The notes: generated by a model not told the origin, from the sequence alone. Positions 50,961 to 62,887 are shown, counted from the stretch's first letter. The stretch: 64,000 nt of DNA from Candidatus Latescibacterota bacterium (GCA_965204375.1 OZ241986.1:2464001-2528000); one strand, 5' to 3'. Numbers and translations: made by a program.

Positions 50961-51062
50961 AGTGTGGTGTTGGGTGGACTTTTTTCTTCTCACTTCTTAT
51001 TTTTATTTGTCGATGTCCCCACATCGAATCTATTCTCCCCTTTGATGCTGTGAGGAACAAAT

Positions 51063-53498
51063 ATGGAACAGTCATCGAAGGCATTACCTGAGACCCTAAA
51101 AGATCAGTCGAGATTACCTTTTCAAATTTTGGGCATATGCTTGATTGCACTCGCGCTATTGATGACTCTGAGCTTGCTATCGCACTCGCCTGAGGACCCA
51201 CCCAATTCGACGCGCCCCAACGAGTTGGCGCAAAATCTGGTCGGATGGCTCGGCGCACACGTATCCTACCATTTGCTATTTAGCGTGGGCTATGGTGCTT
51301 ACGCACTGATCGTTGTGGTATTGGTGTGGGGGTGGAACCGCCTCAGGATGTCGAGCGTCAGATCACTCGTGATGCACAGTATCATTCTGTTTTCACTAAT
51401 GGTGATTTATTGTGGCGCAACAGGCGTGCTCTTTTGGGAACGCCCCACAATGGCCTGGAAATTGGGAGGTGGGCTGGGATTTATGCTATCGTCTTCCCTG
51501 CTGGTACCCTATTTGGGTACTGTTGGGGCTTATATTTCTTTGGCGACGCTATTTGTGGTATTGTTGATGGTTGCCACCGATATTCCGTTTAACCGAATAC
51601 CCGAGTGGACATTCTTAAAAAAACATGCGGAGAAGTCTGACAATAACGGGACATCGACTGAAGTGGCACGCGTTGAGGACTCCGATCAAGTCGAGGATAT
51701 CGATCAAATTGAGGACATTGATCAAAAAAAAAATATAACTGAAGAAGAGATTGTTGACGACCCCATTTTAGATGAATGGGAAAAGGACGAATTGGCCGAG
51801 AGGCCCAGGCCCGTGATCGCCGATGACAGAAAAGAAAAAGACATCGATGAACTATTAGAGAAGCAAACAAAAGAGACAGTAGATGACCCTATTCCAGATA
51901 CGGCACAGGTTGAGCGAGAAGAAGACGAATTGCCTGAGGTGGAATTTGAAATAGTAGATGAAACGTCTGAGCCAGAACCAGAACCTGTTCCGTCAAAACC
52001 AAAAAAGAAAAAGAAAATCAAGCGCAAGCGATCTTCGACATATTTGCTGCCTAATTTGAAGTTGCTGGAAGATCCCCCTCCGGGCGATGGGATTATAGAC
52101 CGCGAAACCCTGTTTAAAGGGGCGCAGGTATTGGAGCAAAGCCTGAGCAATTTTGGCGTTCAGGGCAAAGTGGTGCAGGTCAATCCCGGGCCTGTTATTA
52201 CGACATATGAAGTCGCACCACCTCCGGGCGTGAAAGTCAGCAAAATCGTCGGACTTGCAGACGATCTCGCCCTCGTGATGAAAGCGCAAAGCATTCGCAT
52301 TCAGGCTCCCATTCCCGGAAAAGCTGCGGTCGGCATTGAAGTGCCCAACCCAGAACCTTATACGGTCTTCTTAAAAGAAATTTTGGAATCGCACGCATTT
52401 GAGCAGTCCGATTCAAAACTGATGCTCGGGCTCGGCAAAACAGCTTCGGGTGATCCCTATTGCGCCGATCTCGCAAAAATGCCGCATTTGTTAATTGCCG
52501 GCGCGACCGGAGCTGGTAAGTCGGGGTGTATCAATGCGTTGATTTCCAGCATTTTATTCCGCTGCACGCCAGAAGAAGTGCGTTTTATTATGATAGATCC
52601 CAAAATGCTGGAATTGTCAATTTACAACGATATTCCACATCTCCTGGCCCCTGTTGTCGTCGATCCCAAAATGGCGTCGGGTGCACTCAAGTGGGCGGTA
52701 TCAGAGATGGAGAACCGATATCGCACAATGGCGCAGTTTACAGCGCGCAATATTACTGATTTTAATGCCAAGATGGCGCGGCTGCGAGAAGAAGCACCCT
52801 CCGAGGAAGACCGCGACGAGATTCCCGATGCCTTGCCCTATATTGTCGTGGTGATCGACGAATTGGCCGATTTGATGATGACTGCACCGAGCGATATTGA
52901 AAACTCACTGGCGCGATTGGCACAAATGGCCCGCGCTGTGGGCATCCATCTTATTATTGCAACCCAGCGTCCTTCAGTAAATGTGATTACGGGGACAATC
53001 AAAGCCAATTTCCCAACGCGTATTGCATTTCGCGTGGCATCCAAAGTCGATTCGCGCACGATTATTGACGCCAATGGCGGTGAAAAACTCCTGGGACGGG
53101 GTGATATGCTATTTTTGCCCCCTGGACATCCCGAACCCATTCGCCTTCACGGGGCGTGGATCGATACCGAAGAAACCGAACAATTAGTGGCCTGGGTGCG
53201 CGATCAGGGCGTCGAACTCGATAGCGTTGAGTTTGAAGGCGAAAATAGCGATCTTTCTGTTGTCGATAACGAGCGCGATGCCCGGTTTGATGAGGCATTG
53301 CGATTGGTGGTTATCCATCAGCAGGGCTCGGCATCGCTCCTGCAGCGCCGGATGAAGGTGGGATACTCGCGGGCCGCACGCCTTGTTGATGAACTCGAAG
53401 CCGCCGGTATTGTTGGTCCGTCCAATGGATCGAGTAAGGGACGCGAAGTCCTCGTTGACGAAGACTATTTAGAGGAACTCGAGGAGTTGGATGTATGA
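51063..53498 (+). CDS. ftsK: DNA translocase FtsK
   Basis: 4TM N-terminus, GATGAGKS, IDPKMLE, IDELADLM, ATQRPS, gamma domain SLLQRR...YSRAARL. Confidence 0.97.
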   Translation: MEQSSKALPETLKDQSRLPFQILGICLIALALLMTLSLLSHSPEDPPNSTRPNELAQNLVGWLGAHVSYHLLFSVGYGAYALIVVVLVWGWNRLRMSSVRSLVMHSIILFSLMVIYCGATGVLFWERPTMAWKLGGGLGFMLSSSLLVPYLGTVGAYISLATLFVVLLMVATDIPFNRIPEWTFLKKHAEKSDNNGTSTEVARVEDSDQVEDIDQIEDIDQKKNITEEEIVDDPILDEWEKDELAERPRPVIADDRKEKDIDELLEKQTKETVDDPIPDTAQVEREEDELPEVEFEIVDETSEPEPEPVPSKPKKKKKIKRKRSSTYLLPNLKLLEDPPPGDGIIDRETLFKGAQVLEQSLSNFGVQGKVVQVNPGPVITTYEVAPPPGVKVSKIVGLADDLALVMKAQSIRIQAPIPGKAAVGIEVPNPEPYTVFLKEILESHAFEQSDSKLMLGLGKTASGDPYCADLAKMPHLLIAGATGAGKSGCINALISSILFRCTPEEVRFIMIDPKMLELSIYNDIPHLLAPVVVDPKMASGALKWAVSEMENRYRTMAQFTARNITDFNAKMARLREEAPSEEDRDEIPDALPYIVVVIDELADLMMTAPSDIENSLARLAQMARAVGIHLIIATQRPSVNVITGTIKANFPTRIAFRVASKVDSRTIIDANGGEKLLGRGDMLFLPPGHPEPIRLHGAWIDTEETEQLVAWVRDQGVELDSVEFEGENSDLSVVDNERDARFDEALRLVVIHQQGSASLLQRRMKVGYSRAARLVDELEAAGIVGPSNGSSKGREVLVDEDYLEELEELDV

Positions 53499-54175
53499 TG
53501 TGTGAAATGTACCACAGGCGTAACCTGCATACATTTCTCGCTATTCTCGGTATTTTATTTTTTACGGGAACAGTGCAGGCCGATACGCGCGGCTCAGAGG
53601 TAGTTGCGAAATTGCAAAAAAAATTTGCGGATCTCGAGACGCTTTCCGCTCACTTCGTCAAACAACACTACTGGCGCGTGATGGACCAGCATCAAGAAAT
53701 CAAAGGGAAGTTGCTGGTTCAGCGTCCCGACCAGTTTCGAATGGATTCGGATGTACAGGTGGTGGTAAGTGATGGCAAAACCGTGTGGCATTACGCGCCT
53801 GCCAATGCCCAGGTGCTGGTGAGCGATTACACCGCGATGGAAAACGATCGAAACTATGAAAAATTGTTATTTGATCTGATTTTTTGGGGTGGGTACGACG
53901 AAAATTATGTGCCCGTTTATGTAGGCGAAGAAAAGATACATCGCAAGGCGTGTTACGCGGTCGATTTATTGGCAAAAAAAGAAGATACGTATATCCATAA
54001 AATTCGCCTGTGGATAGACAAACGCCTCTATCTGGTGAGACAGGTAGAATATCGCAATATCCACGAAGATGTGACAACATTTGTATTGTCGGACTTGAAG
54101 GTCAATAAAAAAGCCAGGCCCGATCAATTTACATTTCACGTACCCAGCGGAGTGGAATTGATCGATTTGCGCTGA
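53495..54175 (+). CDS. lolA: Outer-membrane lipoprotein carrier LolA family
   Basis: Signal peptide, SAHFVK, RPDQFR, VSDGKTVWHY, FTFHVPSGV; directly after ftsK. Confidence 0.8.
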   Translation: MMCEMYHRRNLHTFLAILGILFFTGTVQADTRGSEVVAKLQKKFADLETLSAHFVKQHYWRVMDQHQEIKGKLLVQRPDQFRMDSDVQVVVSDGKTVWHYAPANAQVLVSDYTAMENDRNYEKLLFDLIFWGGYDENYVPVYVGEEKIHRKACYAVDLLAKKEDTYIHKIRLWIDKRLYLVRQVEYRNIHEDVTTFVLSDLKVNKKARPDQFTFHVPSGVELIDLR

Positions 54176-54197
54176 TTATAACCGAAAGGAACAAATA

Positions 54198-55308
54198 ATG
54201 GCTGTGGAAATTCAGGTGCGTGAACTGCAAGACGCGCTATCCGATTATAGCGCGCGCGTGGATAAACTCGGGAGGTATCTTTGACCTCGATCAAAGACGA
54301 ACAAAAATCGCTGAATTTGAAAAACTCATGGAAGCACCGAATTTCTGGAATGACCGCGAAAATGCACAGCGGATTATCGACGCCTGTAATGCGGAAAAAT
54401 ACTGGGTTGAAAGTTGGGAAAATTTAAATGCGCAAGCGAGCGATTTGGATGTGCTTTTTGAATTGGCATACGAAGAAGACGATGCCGAATCTCTGTCGGA
54501 AGTCGCCGCTGAATTACCCGGGGTTGGCGCAGCTTTAGACGCGCTTGAATTGCGGCACATGTTGGGCGATCGAGAAGATCGCAACGACGCGATATTGACC
54601 ATTCATCCGGGCGCTGGAGGTACCGAAGCAGCAGACTGGGCGCAAATGTTGATGCGTATGTACACGCGGTGGGCCGAGCGGCGCGGGTTTCAAACCACTG
54701 TCCTGGATACGCTTCCCGGCGAAACGGCCGGAATTAAGAGTGCGACAATTGAAGTGAAGGGCGATTATGCTTTTGGCTATCTCAAGTCCGAATCTGGTGT
54801 ACACAGACTGGTGCGAATTTCTCCTTATGATTCCAACAATCGTCGCCACACATCATTTGCTTCCGTTTTTGTCTATCCCGACGCCGAAGGCGATATCGAG
54901 GTGGAGATCAATCCCAATGATTTGAAAGTAGATACCTATCGCGCTGGGGGCGCTGGCGGACAACACGTGAACAAAACCGATTCAGCGGTGCGTATTACCC
55001 ACGAACCCACGGGGATTGTGGTGCAATGCCAGAACGAGCGTTCTCAGTACAAGAACCGCAATACGGCCATGAAAATTCTCAAAGCGCGATTGTATCAACA
55101 CCTGCGGGAAGAAGAAGACAAAAAACGCGCCGAACTCGAAAGCACAAAAAAACGCATTGAATGGGGCAGTCAAATCCGCAATTACGTTTTTCAACCCTAT
55201 CAGATGGTGAAAGACGCGCGAACGGGCTTTGAGACATCGGATGTTTCGGGGGTTATAGACGGCGATCTCGACCCGTTTATCCGCGCATATTTACTATCGT
55301 CACACTAA
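54198..55308 (+). CDS. prfB: Peptide chain release factor 2 with programmed +1 frameshift
   Basis: ATG 54198 reads 28 codons to GGG AGG TAT CTT TGA C (CTT 54279-81); +1 frame continues with SPY and GGQ motifs. Confidence 0.95.
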
Positions 55309-55341
55309 GTTTTAAGCGGTAATCCCAAACGGGCAACGCGC

Positions 55342-55370
55342 TTGACTTGAATATGCATATTGGTTATAGT
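55342..55370 (+). promoter_or_regulatory. sigma70 promoter of lysS
   Basis: TTGACT-17nt-TATAGT. Confidence 0.6.
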
Positions 55371-55429
55371 TTAATGACCTTTACAACGTTTAATCTTATA
55401 GATATTAGAGGGGTTGGGAGGCTCCAATC

Positions 55430-56962
55430 TTGACTCGGGTTGTGGGACAAACGCCAGAATCTCAATTAATCGAACAGCGCCTGCAAAAACTCGACACCAT
55501 TCGAGATATGGGCATTGAGCCTTATCCGTATCGTTTTGAGCCCACGCACTATTCTGAGGATATTGTCGCGTTTTTTGATGCGCTGAACGCATCGGGCGAT
55601 GAGGTGCGGGTTGCCGGTCGATTGATTGTTACGCGCGGTCATGGCAAAGCGGCCTTTGCCGATTTGCGGGATGCCGTGGGTCGCCTTCAAATTTATGTGC
55701 GGCTCGACAATGTTGGCGATGATGCTTTCGCGCTGTGGAAATTGCTGGATATCGGCGATTTTATCGGCGTATCTGGCCCGGTTTTTAAGACGCGCACAGG
55801 GCAAATATCCGTCCAGGTTCAAACGCTCGTGCTGTTGACCAAAGCCATTCGTCCGCTGCCCGTTCCAAAAGAAGAATTACGCGATGGCGAGCGCGTTGTA
55901 CACGATCAATTTAGCGACAAAGAACTGCGATATCGCCGTCGTTATCTGGACCTGGCACTCAATCCCGATGTGCAGGCGGTGTTTCGCAAGCGCAGCGTGG
56001 TCGTATCTGCGATTCGCGAATTTTTAGATGCACGCGGTTTTTTAGAAGTCGAGACACCGGTACTGCAACCGCTCTACGGCGGGGCTTCAGCCCGTCCTTT
56101 TGTGACACATCACAACGTGCTGGACATGCCGCTGTATCTGCGGATATCCGATGAATTATATCTCAAGCGTTTGATCGTGGGTGGGCTTGATCGGGTGTAT
56201 GAAATCGGCAAAAATTTTCGCAATGAAGGCATCGATCGAACGCATAACCCCGAGTTTTCGATGCTCGAATTGTATCAGGCCTACGCCGATTATTCAGATA
56301 TGATGGCAATAGCCGAGGCACTCTACGCCTTTGTGGCCGAAAAGGTAAATGGCGCGACAACGCTCGAATACCAGGGTCGAGAAATTGATCTTACCCCCCC
56401 CTGGCCGCGCATCCCCATGCTCGACGCCATCGAAAAATACGGCGGTATTGATGTGGCGCGGTCCTCAGATGCCGACCTGCGTGCTGCGTGCAAGCGCTTT
56501 GATTCCGATATCGAACCGGATGCAGAGCGCGGGTTGTTGATCAACGCATTGTTCGAAGCGTGTGTCGAGCCTGAATTGATTCAACCGACCTTTATTACTG
56601 ACTATCCTATTGCGGTGTCTCCCCTGGCCAAACGTCATCGGATTCAAAAAGACCTCACCGAACGATTTGAATTTTTTATCAATGGTTGGGAAGCGGGCAA
56701 TGCGTTTTCCGAACTGAACGATCCGGTTGATCAGCGGCAGCGATTTGCGCATCAAAAAACCTTGCGCGATCGGGGCGACGACGAGGCTCAGATTCTCGAT
56801 GAAGATTTTTTGATGGCCCTGGAACACGGGATGCCACCGACGGGTGGGTTGGGCATTGGTGTTGATCGAATGGTGATGTTGCTCGCAGACGCGCCTTCGA
56901 TTCGAGACGCAATTCTGTTTCCGCACATGCGCCCTAAAGAGGGCCTTGAAGACCATGGATGA
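55430..56962 (+). CDS. lysS: Lysyl-tRNA synthetase class II
   Basis: RYRRRYLDL, GGASARPF, FRNEG, HNPEF, NAFSELND, GMPPTGGLGIG. Confidence 0.97.
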   Translation: MTRVVGQTPESQLIEQRLQKLDTIRDMGIEPYPYRFEPTHYSEDIVAFFDALNASGDEVRVAGRLIVTRGHGKAAFADLRDAVGRLQIYVRLDNVGDDAFALWKLLDIGDFIGVSGPVFKTRTGQISVQVQTLVLLTKAIRPLPVPKEELRDGERVVHDQFSDKELRYRRRYLDLALNPDVQAVFRKRSVVVSAIREFLDARGFLEVETPVLQPLYGGASARPFVTHHNVLDMPLYLRISDELYLKRLIVGGLDRVYEIGKNFRNEGIDRTHNPEFSMLELYQAYADYSDMMAIAEALYAFVAEKVNGATTLEYQGREIDLTPPWPRIPMLDAIEKYGGIDVARSSDADLRAACKRFDSDIEPDAERGLLINALFEACVEPELIQPTFITDYPIAVSPLAKRHRIQKDLTERFEFFINGWEAGNAFSELNDPVDQRQRFAHQKTLRDRGDDEAQILDEDFLMALEHGMPPTGGLGIGVDRMVMLLADAPSIRDAILFPHMRPKEGLEDHG

Positions 56963-57629
56963 GTTGCTGCGCGCAACAGGGGTTTGCAAACACTATGTAT
57001 TGGGGGATACCCATATCGAGGTACTAAAAGGGGTTGACCTCGGGGTTGTTCGCGGCGAAATTGTTGCAGTGGTTGGTGCTTCGGGTGTAGGAAAGAGTAC
57101 TTTGTTACACATTATGGGCGGGTTAGACCATCCGGCTTCGGGGACGGTTGTCATCGATGGCGTCGATATATTTGCCCTTTCAGATACTGATCGCGCCAAA
57201 TTTCGCAATCGCCAGATTGGGTTTGTTTTTCAATTTCACCACTTGTTGCGCGATTTTACTGCGCTTGAAAATGTGATGATGCCCCTGATGATTGCCGGTG
57301 ATTCGCACGATAAAGCACGAGTCCCCGCACAAAAACTACTCTGTGATGTCGGTCTGGAAAAGCGGCTTGCACATTTGCCTTCTGAACTTTCTGGCGGAGA
57401 AGCGCAGCGCGTTGCTGTTGCAAGGGCACTGGTGACACAACCCGCTATTGTTCTGGCCGACGAACCTTCTGGCAATCTCGATGTGGCGCGCAGTGCACAG
57501 CTTCACGCATTAATTTGGGAACTTGCCAGAACCCGGCACCAAACGTGCATTATTGTAACACACGACCAGCATCTGGCTACTCGCGCTGATCGGGTGGTCG
57601 AGATGGAAGATGGTCGTCTCATTATTTAA
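56955..57629 (+). CDS. lolD: Lipoprotein-releasing ABC ATPase (LolD-like)
   Basis: GASGVGKS, GFVFQFHHLL, LSGGE, ADEPSGNLD. Confidence 0.8.
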   Translation: MDELLRATGVCKHYVLGDTHIEVLKGVDLGVVRGEIVAVVGASGVGKSTLLHIMGGLDHPASGTVVIDGVDIFALSDTDRAKFRNRQIGFVFQFHHLLRDFTALENVMMPLMIAGDSHDKARVPAQKLLCDVGLEKRLAHLPSELSGGEAQRVAVARALVTQPAIVLADEPSGNLDVARSAQLHALIWELARTRHQTCIIVTHDQHLATRADRVVEMEDGRLII

Positions 57630-57652
57630 ATAAAAAGGCGTGTGAAACAGTG

Positions 57653-57681
57653 TTGAGTTTTCCTTTATAAACTGTTATACT
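57653..57681 (+). promoter_or_regulatory. Putative promoter of clpC
   Basis: TTGAGT-17nt-TATACT with extended TG. Confidence 0.5.
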
Positions 57682-57731
57682 GGACTCAAACACGCTTCGC
57701 CAGATTTCTCGTTAGGCGAGAGGAGTATTCA

Positions 57732-60338
57732 ATGCAGAACAGTATGTTTTCAGACCAGGTGAAGCAGGTCATGCAACTCGCTCGCGAAGAAGCAGCGCGT
57801 CTGGGACACAATTACATCGGCACCGAGCATTTGCTGCTGGGCATTATACGCGGGGGCAAAAGTACAGCTATTCAGGTGCTGACAAATCTGAACTTAAATC
57901 TCGAAAGTATCAAGCAATCCATCGACGATTTTGTCGCTTCTTCTGGTAGTTCAATGACGATGGGTGAAGTGCCTTTTACACCCCGCGCAAAACAGATTCT
58001 CGAAATTGCTGCCAATGAAGCCAAAGAAATGAAGAGCCGAGTCGTGAGAACCAGCCATCTGCTGTTGGCACTGTTGAAAGATAAAGACGGGGTTGCCGCA
58101 CAGATTTTGGTCACATTCGGCGTAGATCACAGAACCGCCAAGGAGGAGGTGATTGCCGTTTTGCAGGGAAAAACTTCGGGTAGTAAGCGCGAAAAAAGAA
58201 AAAGCAAAACGCCTTTCCTCGATCATTTCGGACGCGATTTAACCGATCTGGCGCGGCAGGGCAAACTCGATCCAACCATTGGTCGCGATCGCGAAATCGA
58301 ACGGGTGTCACAGATACTTGCCAGACGGAAAAAGAACAACCCTGTACTTGTGGGCGAACCCGGCGTGGGTAAAACGCAGATCATCGAGGGATTGGCACAG
58401 CGCATTGTAGAACGGCGGGTCCCACAAATTTTGCTGGATAAGCGCGTAGTTACGCTCGATATGGGCGGGATTGTCGCCGGCACAAAATACCGCGGGCAGT
58501 TTGAAGAGCGCCTGAAAGCTGTGATGAATGAACTTCAGCAAAGCCAGAATGTGATCATTTTTATCGATGAGTTGCACACTATTGTCGGTGCCGGTAGTGC
58601 CGAGGGTACGCTGGATGCATCCAATATGTTTAAGCCCTCACTTTCCCGCGGCGAATTGCAGTGCATTGGCGCAACGACCTTAGATGAATATCGAAAATAT
58701 ATTGAAAAGGATGGCGCGCTCGAGCGGCGGTTCCAAACGATAGTGGTCGATGCCCCTTCAGTGGGTGAGACCATTGAAATTCTCAAGGGCCTAAAAGACA
58801 GTTATGAGGCACATCACAAAGTATCGTTTTTACCTGAAGCGATTGAAGCAGCAGCGCAAATGGCTGACCGCTATATCAGTGATCGCCACTTGCCCGACAA
58901 GGCCATTGATGTGATTGATGAAACGGGAGCGCGGGTGCGATTGTCTCGCCTCAACCCCCCCGAAGAGATCAAAGAAATCGAGATGGCCATTGGTGAGATT
59001 ACGCGAAAAAAGGATATGGCTGCTGAAAATCAGCAATTTGAAGAGGCGGCAAGGTTGCGCGACCGCGAGCGAGAACTCAAAAACGAACTCGAAAATATGC
59101 GCCAGGCGTGGGAAGTACAGGTAACAGATGACGTGGTCGAAGTAACAGAAGAACACATTGCCGAAGTGATTTCGAGCATGACGGGTATTCCCGTGTTTCG
59201 GCTGGCACAGGCCGAATCCGAAAGACTGATCAACATGGCGTCTGAGTTGCAAAAGCGGGTGATTGGGCAAGAGGAAGCGGTTTCTACGGTATGTCGCTCT
59301 ATTCGGCGCACGCGTGCGGGTCTCAAAGATCCCAATCGCCCAATCGGCACGTTTTTGTTCCTGGGCCCCACGGGTATTGGCAAAACGTATTTGGCGCAAG
59401 CACTGGCGCAGTATCTGTTTGACGATGAAGATGCACTCGTAACCGTAGATATGTCGGAATATATGGAAAAATTCGCGGTATCTCGGCTCGTTGGTGCACC
59501 ACCAGGTTATGTGGGATACGATGAGGGCGGACAGCTAACGGAAAAAGTGCGCAGGCGTCCCTATTCAGTGGTTTTGCTCGATGAAATTGAAAAGGCCCAT
59601 CCCGATGTATTCAATATCCTCTTACAGGTGTTGGATGAAGGGCGTTTGACAGATAGTTTTGGGCGCAAGGTAAATTTCAAAAATACCATTTTGATTATGA
59701 CATCCAATCTGGGAACCAAAGATCTGCAAAAGGCAGGTGGTTTGGGATTTGGCCGATCAGACAAAAAATCGATCCGCGAAAAAATGGAAGAGCGAATCAA
59801 CGAAGAGGTCAAAAAGACATTTAACCCCGAGTTTATCAACCGCCTGGATGAAACAGTGATCTTCAATCCGCTGGATCGGAAGGAAATTATTCAGATCGTC
59901 GATATTGAGCTTGAAAAAATTCTCGCTCGTGTTGCAGAACGCGATATCGAAGTGCGTCTCACACAGGGGGCCAAGAGTTTGATCGCCGAAAAGGGCTATG
60001 ATCCGACGTATGGCGCGCGGCATCTGCGGCGCACCATTCAAAAGATGATTGAAGATCCTCTGGCCGAAGAGATCATTGTGGGCCACTTTGCGGATGGCTG
60101 CAAGGTTCGGGTGAGCAAAAAAGGCGATACGCTCAACTTTGAGGGAAATTCTATCGCAAAAGAAGAATCGAAAGAAGAATCGAAAGACACGACCGAAATT
60201 CAGATGAGTAAAAAAGATAGTAATCTCAACACGGCTGATGAGAGCGGAGAGGGTAATCTCGATGAAAAAGTTGGAGATCAGGACAAATCGGGAGATCCTG
60301 TCGGAGAAGAAGAAGTAGTGAACAAGGACAAAGCATGA
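57732..60338 (+). CDS. clpC: ATP-dependent Clp protease ATPase
   Basis: Clp N repeats, [11 protein letters not shown] motif [35 protein letters not shown]. Confidence 0.93.
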   Translation: MQNSMFSDQVKQVMQLAREEAARLGHNYIGTEHLLLGIIRGGKSTAIQVLTNLNLNLESIKQSIDDFVASSGSSMTMGEVPFTPRAKQILEIAANEAKEMKSRVVRTSHLLLALLKDKDGVAAQILVTFGVDHRTAKEEVIAVLQGKTSGSKREKRKSKTPFLDHFGRDLTDLARQGKLDPTIGRDREIERVSQILARRKKNNPVLVGEPGVGKTQIIEGLAQRIVERRVPQILLDKRVVTLDMGGIVAGTKYRGQFEERLKAVMNELQQSQNVIIFIDELHTIVGAGSAEGTLDASNMFKPSLSRGELQCIGATTLDEYRKYIEKDGALERRFQTIVVDAPSVGETIEILKGLKDSYEAHHKVSFLPEAIEAAAQMADRYISDRHLPDKAIDVIDETGARVRLSRLNPPEEIKEIEMAIGEITRKKDMAAENQQFEEAARLRDRERELKNELENMRQAWEVQVTDDVVEVTEEHIAEVISSMTGIPVFRLAQAESERLINMASELQKRVIGQEEAVSTVCRSIRRTRAGLKDPNRPIGTFLFLGPTGIGKTYLAQALAQYLFDDEDALVTVDMSEYMEKFAVSRLVGAPPGYVGYDEGGQLTEKVRRRPYSVVLLDEIEKAHPDVFNILLQVLDEGRLTDSFGRKVNFKNTILIMTSNLGTKDLQKAGGLGFGRSDKKSIREKMEERINEEVKKTFNPEFINRLDETVIFNPLDRKEIIQIVDIELEKILARVAERDIEVRLTQGAKSLIAEKGYDPTYGARHLRRTIQKMIEDPLAEEIIVGHFADGCKVRVSKKGDTLNFEGNSIAKEESKEESKDTTEIQMSKKDSNLNTADESGEGNLDEKVGDQDKSGDPVGEEEVVNKDKA

Positions 60339-60360
60339 TCGTGAAGGTGCGGTCAATACC

Positions 60361-60392
60361 CAAACGGCCCGGGCATTAGTCCGGGCTGTTTG
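60361..60392 (+). terminator. Hairpin after clpC
   Basis: CAAACGGCCCGGGC-atta-GTCCGGGCTGTTTG. Confidence 0.55.
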
Positions 60393-60485
60393 TCGTACAG
60401 TCGGAACATTTTTCTCTGCTGGGCGTTTGAGGCTTACAAATCCAAAAAGGGAACACACATCTGTCTTCAGATAGGTATTCGCAAC

Positions 60486-62792
60486 GTGAAAAAATTTTGT
60501 ACGCACAGTTTTTTGGTCCTCATTGTACTATTGAGCGGGCGCACAGGCGCTCAAGAAGGCCCGGTGATTCAAGAGATCCGCATTCGAGGTAATGATTGGG
60601 TCGAGACTTCTTTTATTGAATCTCAAAGCGGTTTATTCAAAGGGCAGAATCTGGCGGAAGGCGAAGCCGCGCGGGTAATTCGCAATCTCTACAAAAGCGG
60701 TCTGTTTTCCGACATCAAAATTTCTATAGATCGAGTGTCTGGCGGTGTAGCCGTTATTATTGATTTGAAAGCCGTACCGCGTTTGGGGGAGATGGTTTTT
60801 AAGGGCAATCGCGCAATAAAGGACAAGACACTAAAACGCGAATTGGAATTGACTAAAGGCCAGTTGATACAGCCGCGAGAAAAAAAGAGAGCGGTCAATA
60901 AACTGGTCGCGCTCTATCGGGAAAAAGGCTATTTGCTCGCCTCAGTGGATGTACAAGAAGAGGCGGTTGATGAAGATGGGCGACTGCCACTGACCTTTGA
61001 AATGCACGAAGGCGAAAAAGTCAATTTGAAAAAAATCCGTTTTCACGGCAACACGGCATTAACCGGAAAACAACTGCGCAAGCAAATGAAAGAAACCAAA
61101 CAAGACGGCTGGTGGTTTGGAGGAGGCAAATACAGCGAGGAAACCTATCCCGACGATAGAGAACTGGTTTTGGCCTTTTACCGGCAAAACGGATATCGGG
61201 AAGCGGCAATTGTATCCGATAGTTTGTCCTATGGCCCTGATAAAAAAAATATGTATCTCGATATCACTATCGAAGAAGGGCCACTTTATCGCTTTGGTGC
61301 AGTGAGTTGGTCGGGCAATGAAAAAATCACAGATGCGGGTTTTTCTCACTTTATTGTGGTCGATTCGGGCGCGGTTTACAACGAGGAGCGCGTCTTAAAA
61401 TCGCGAGAGCAGTTACAAAATGCCTATATGGATATCGGGCATATAGGCGCGCAGATTTTTCCGCAACAAAAACCCATTGAAGGTCAGGTCGTCAATGTGC
61501 ATTTTGACGTAGTCGAAAAAGATCCGTGGACCATTCGCAAAATTTTGATTACGGGCAATACCAAAACCAAAGACCGCGTGATTCGACGCGAGTTGCGCGT
61601 GCGCCCAGGCGATACATTTAGCCGCGCCCTTTTGGAGCGCAGCGTGCGCGAAGTCATGCAACTCAACTTTTTTACCAATGTTTTGCCCGAGCCTATCGCC
61701 GTAGAAGAAACATCAGAGATTGACCTCGAGTTTACCATAGAAGAGAAGTCAACGGGCACGGCGTCTATCGGGGCAGGGTATAGCGAACGCGACAAGCTGA
61801 TTGGTACTATTGGGTTGCAAATTCCCAATTTTAGAGGCAATGGACAACAACTCGATTTCCAGTGGGAATTTGGATCGCGCCGCGAAACCTTTAGAATAGG
61901 GTTTACCGAACCGTGGTTCCGCAACACCCCCACGAGTATATCCGCGTCGCTATTCCGAAGCACCATAAGACTGGCAACGGGTTATGGTGTAGCTGACTTT
62001 GATCAGCGCACAGAAGGCGGTGCATTTCGCCTCGGACGCAGGCTGCGCTGGCCCGATTATTCGCGCATTTCCGGAGGATATCGCCTTGAAAAGGTTGCGT
62101 TTATCCCATTTTCCGACAGTATAGATGTAAGCAATCCCTTTTACGAAGACAATATAACCAGCAGCATCAGTGCAAACTTGACCCGCGACAGCCGCGATTT
62201 GCCGATCTTTCCCACATCGGGCAGCGTGATCACTTATTCGCCTGCACTGGCCGGTGGATTCTTAGGCGGGAATAGAGATTTTCACAAGCACGATATTGTC
62301 ACGAGTTTTTACTTTCCCATATTCTGGCGATTGGCCTTAAATGTGCGGTCACAATTGGGCTTTATCGCCAGTTATGGCACCGAGCGCGTCCCGTATCAGG
62401 AATTGTACTCACCTGGCGGCGTTGACATTTTTGAAGGCACCATGTTGCGCGGTTATCCCGACCGCTCAATTGGTCCTCACGATAGTGGGGGAAATCCGAT
62501 TGGGGGTGTCGCGCAGTTGTTGTTTAACGCAGAGATCAGCATACCCATTGTGCCCAATCAGTTTTATGGTCTCATTTTTGCCGATGCGGGCAATGCTTGG
62601 AACAATCTGGACCGGATCAGCCTGACGGATATGCGTCGGTCAGCCGGTTTTGGCATCCGGATTGTAGCACCTGTGGTGGGTATTATGGGATTTGATTTTG
62701 CATGGGGATTTGACCGTCGGCATATTCATCCTCGGTATGGTCAGTCCGTACAGATGATGACGCATTTCCAATTTGGCCCGCAATTTTATTAG
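60486..62792 (+). CDS. bamA: Outer-membrane protein assembly factor BamA
   Basis: POTRA repeats (GNTKTKDRVIRRE), LRGY, DAGNAW, RSAGFGIR; GTG 60486 is the likely start. Confidence 0.93.
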   Translation: MKKFCTHSFLVLIVLLSGRTGAQEGPVIQEIRIRGNDWVETSFIESQSGLFKGQNLAEGEAARVIRNLYKSGLFSDIKISIDRVSGGVAVIIDLKAVPRLGEMVFKGNRAIKDKTLKRELELTKGQLIQPREKKRAVNKLVALYREKGYLLASVDVQEEAVDEDGRLPLTFEMHEGEKVNLKKIRFHGNTALTGKQLRKQMKETKQDGWWFGGGKYSEETYPDDRELVLAFYRQNGYREAAIVSDSLSYGPDKKNMYLDITIEEGPLYRFGAVSWSGNEKITDAGFSHFIVVDSGAVYNEERVLKSREQLQNAYMDIGHIGAQIFPQQKPIEGQVVNVHFDVVEKDPWTIRKILITGNTKTKDRVIRRELRVRPGDTFSRALLERSVREVMQLNFFTNVLPEPIAVEETSEIDLEFTIEEKSTGTASIGAGYSERDKLIGTIGLQIPNFRGNGQQLDFQWEFGSRRETFRIGFTEPWFRNTPTSISASLFRSTIRLATGYGVADFDQRTEGGAFRLGRRLRWPDYSRISGGYRLEKVAFIPFSDSIDVSNPFYEDNITSSISANLTRDSRDLPIFPTSGSVITYSPALAGGFLGGNRDFHKHDIVTSFYFPIFWRLALNVRSQLGFIASYGTERVPYQELYSPGGVDIFEGTMLRGYPDRSIGPHDSGGNPIGGVAQLLFNAEISIPIVPNQFYGLIFADAGNAWNNLDRISLTDMRRSAGFGIRIVAPVVGIMGFDFAWGFDRRHIHPRYGQSVQMMTHFQFGPQFY

Positions 62793-62887
62793 CAATAAGG
62801 GGTCAGCTATCAGTGGTCGGGTTCCTCCTATACCCATAGATGGGAGGAGGGGCTAAAAGCTGAAAGCTTTATTCACGGAGGGAATTT

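Noticed and set aside
51684-51725. DQ(V/I)EDI tandem repeat in ftsK
   Set aside because: Ordinary low-complexity linker variation
60158-60186. 12-bp tandem repeat (KEES) in the clpC tail
   Set aside because: In-frame duplication in a disordered tail; unremarkable
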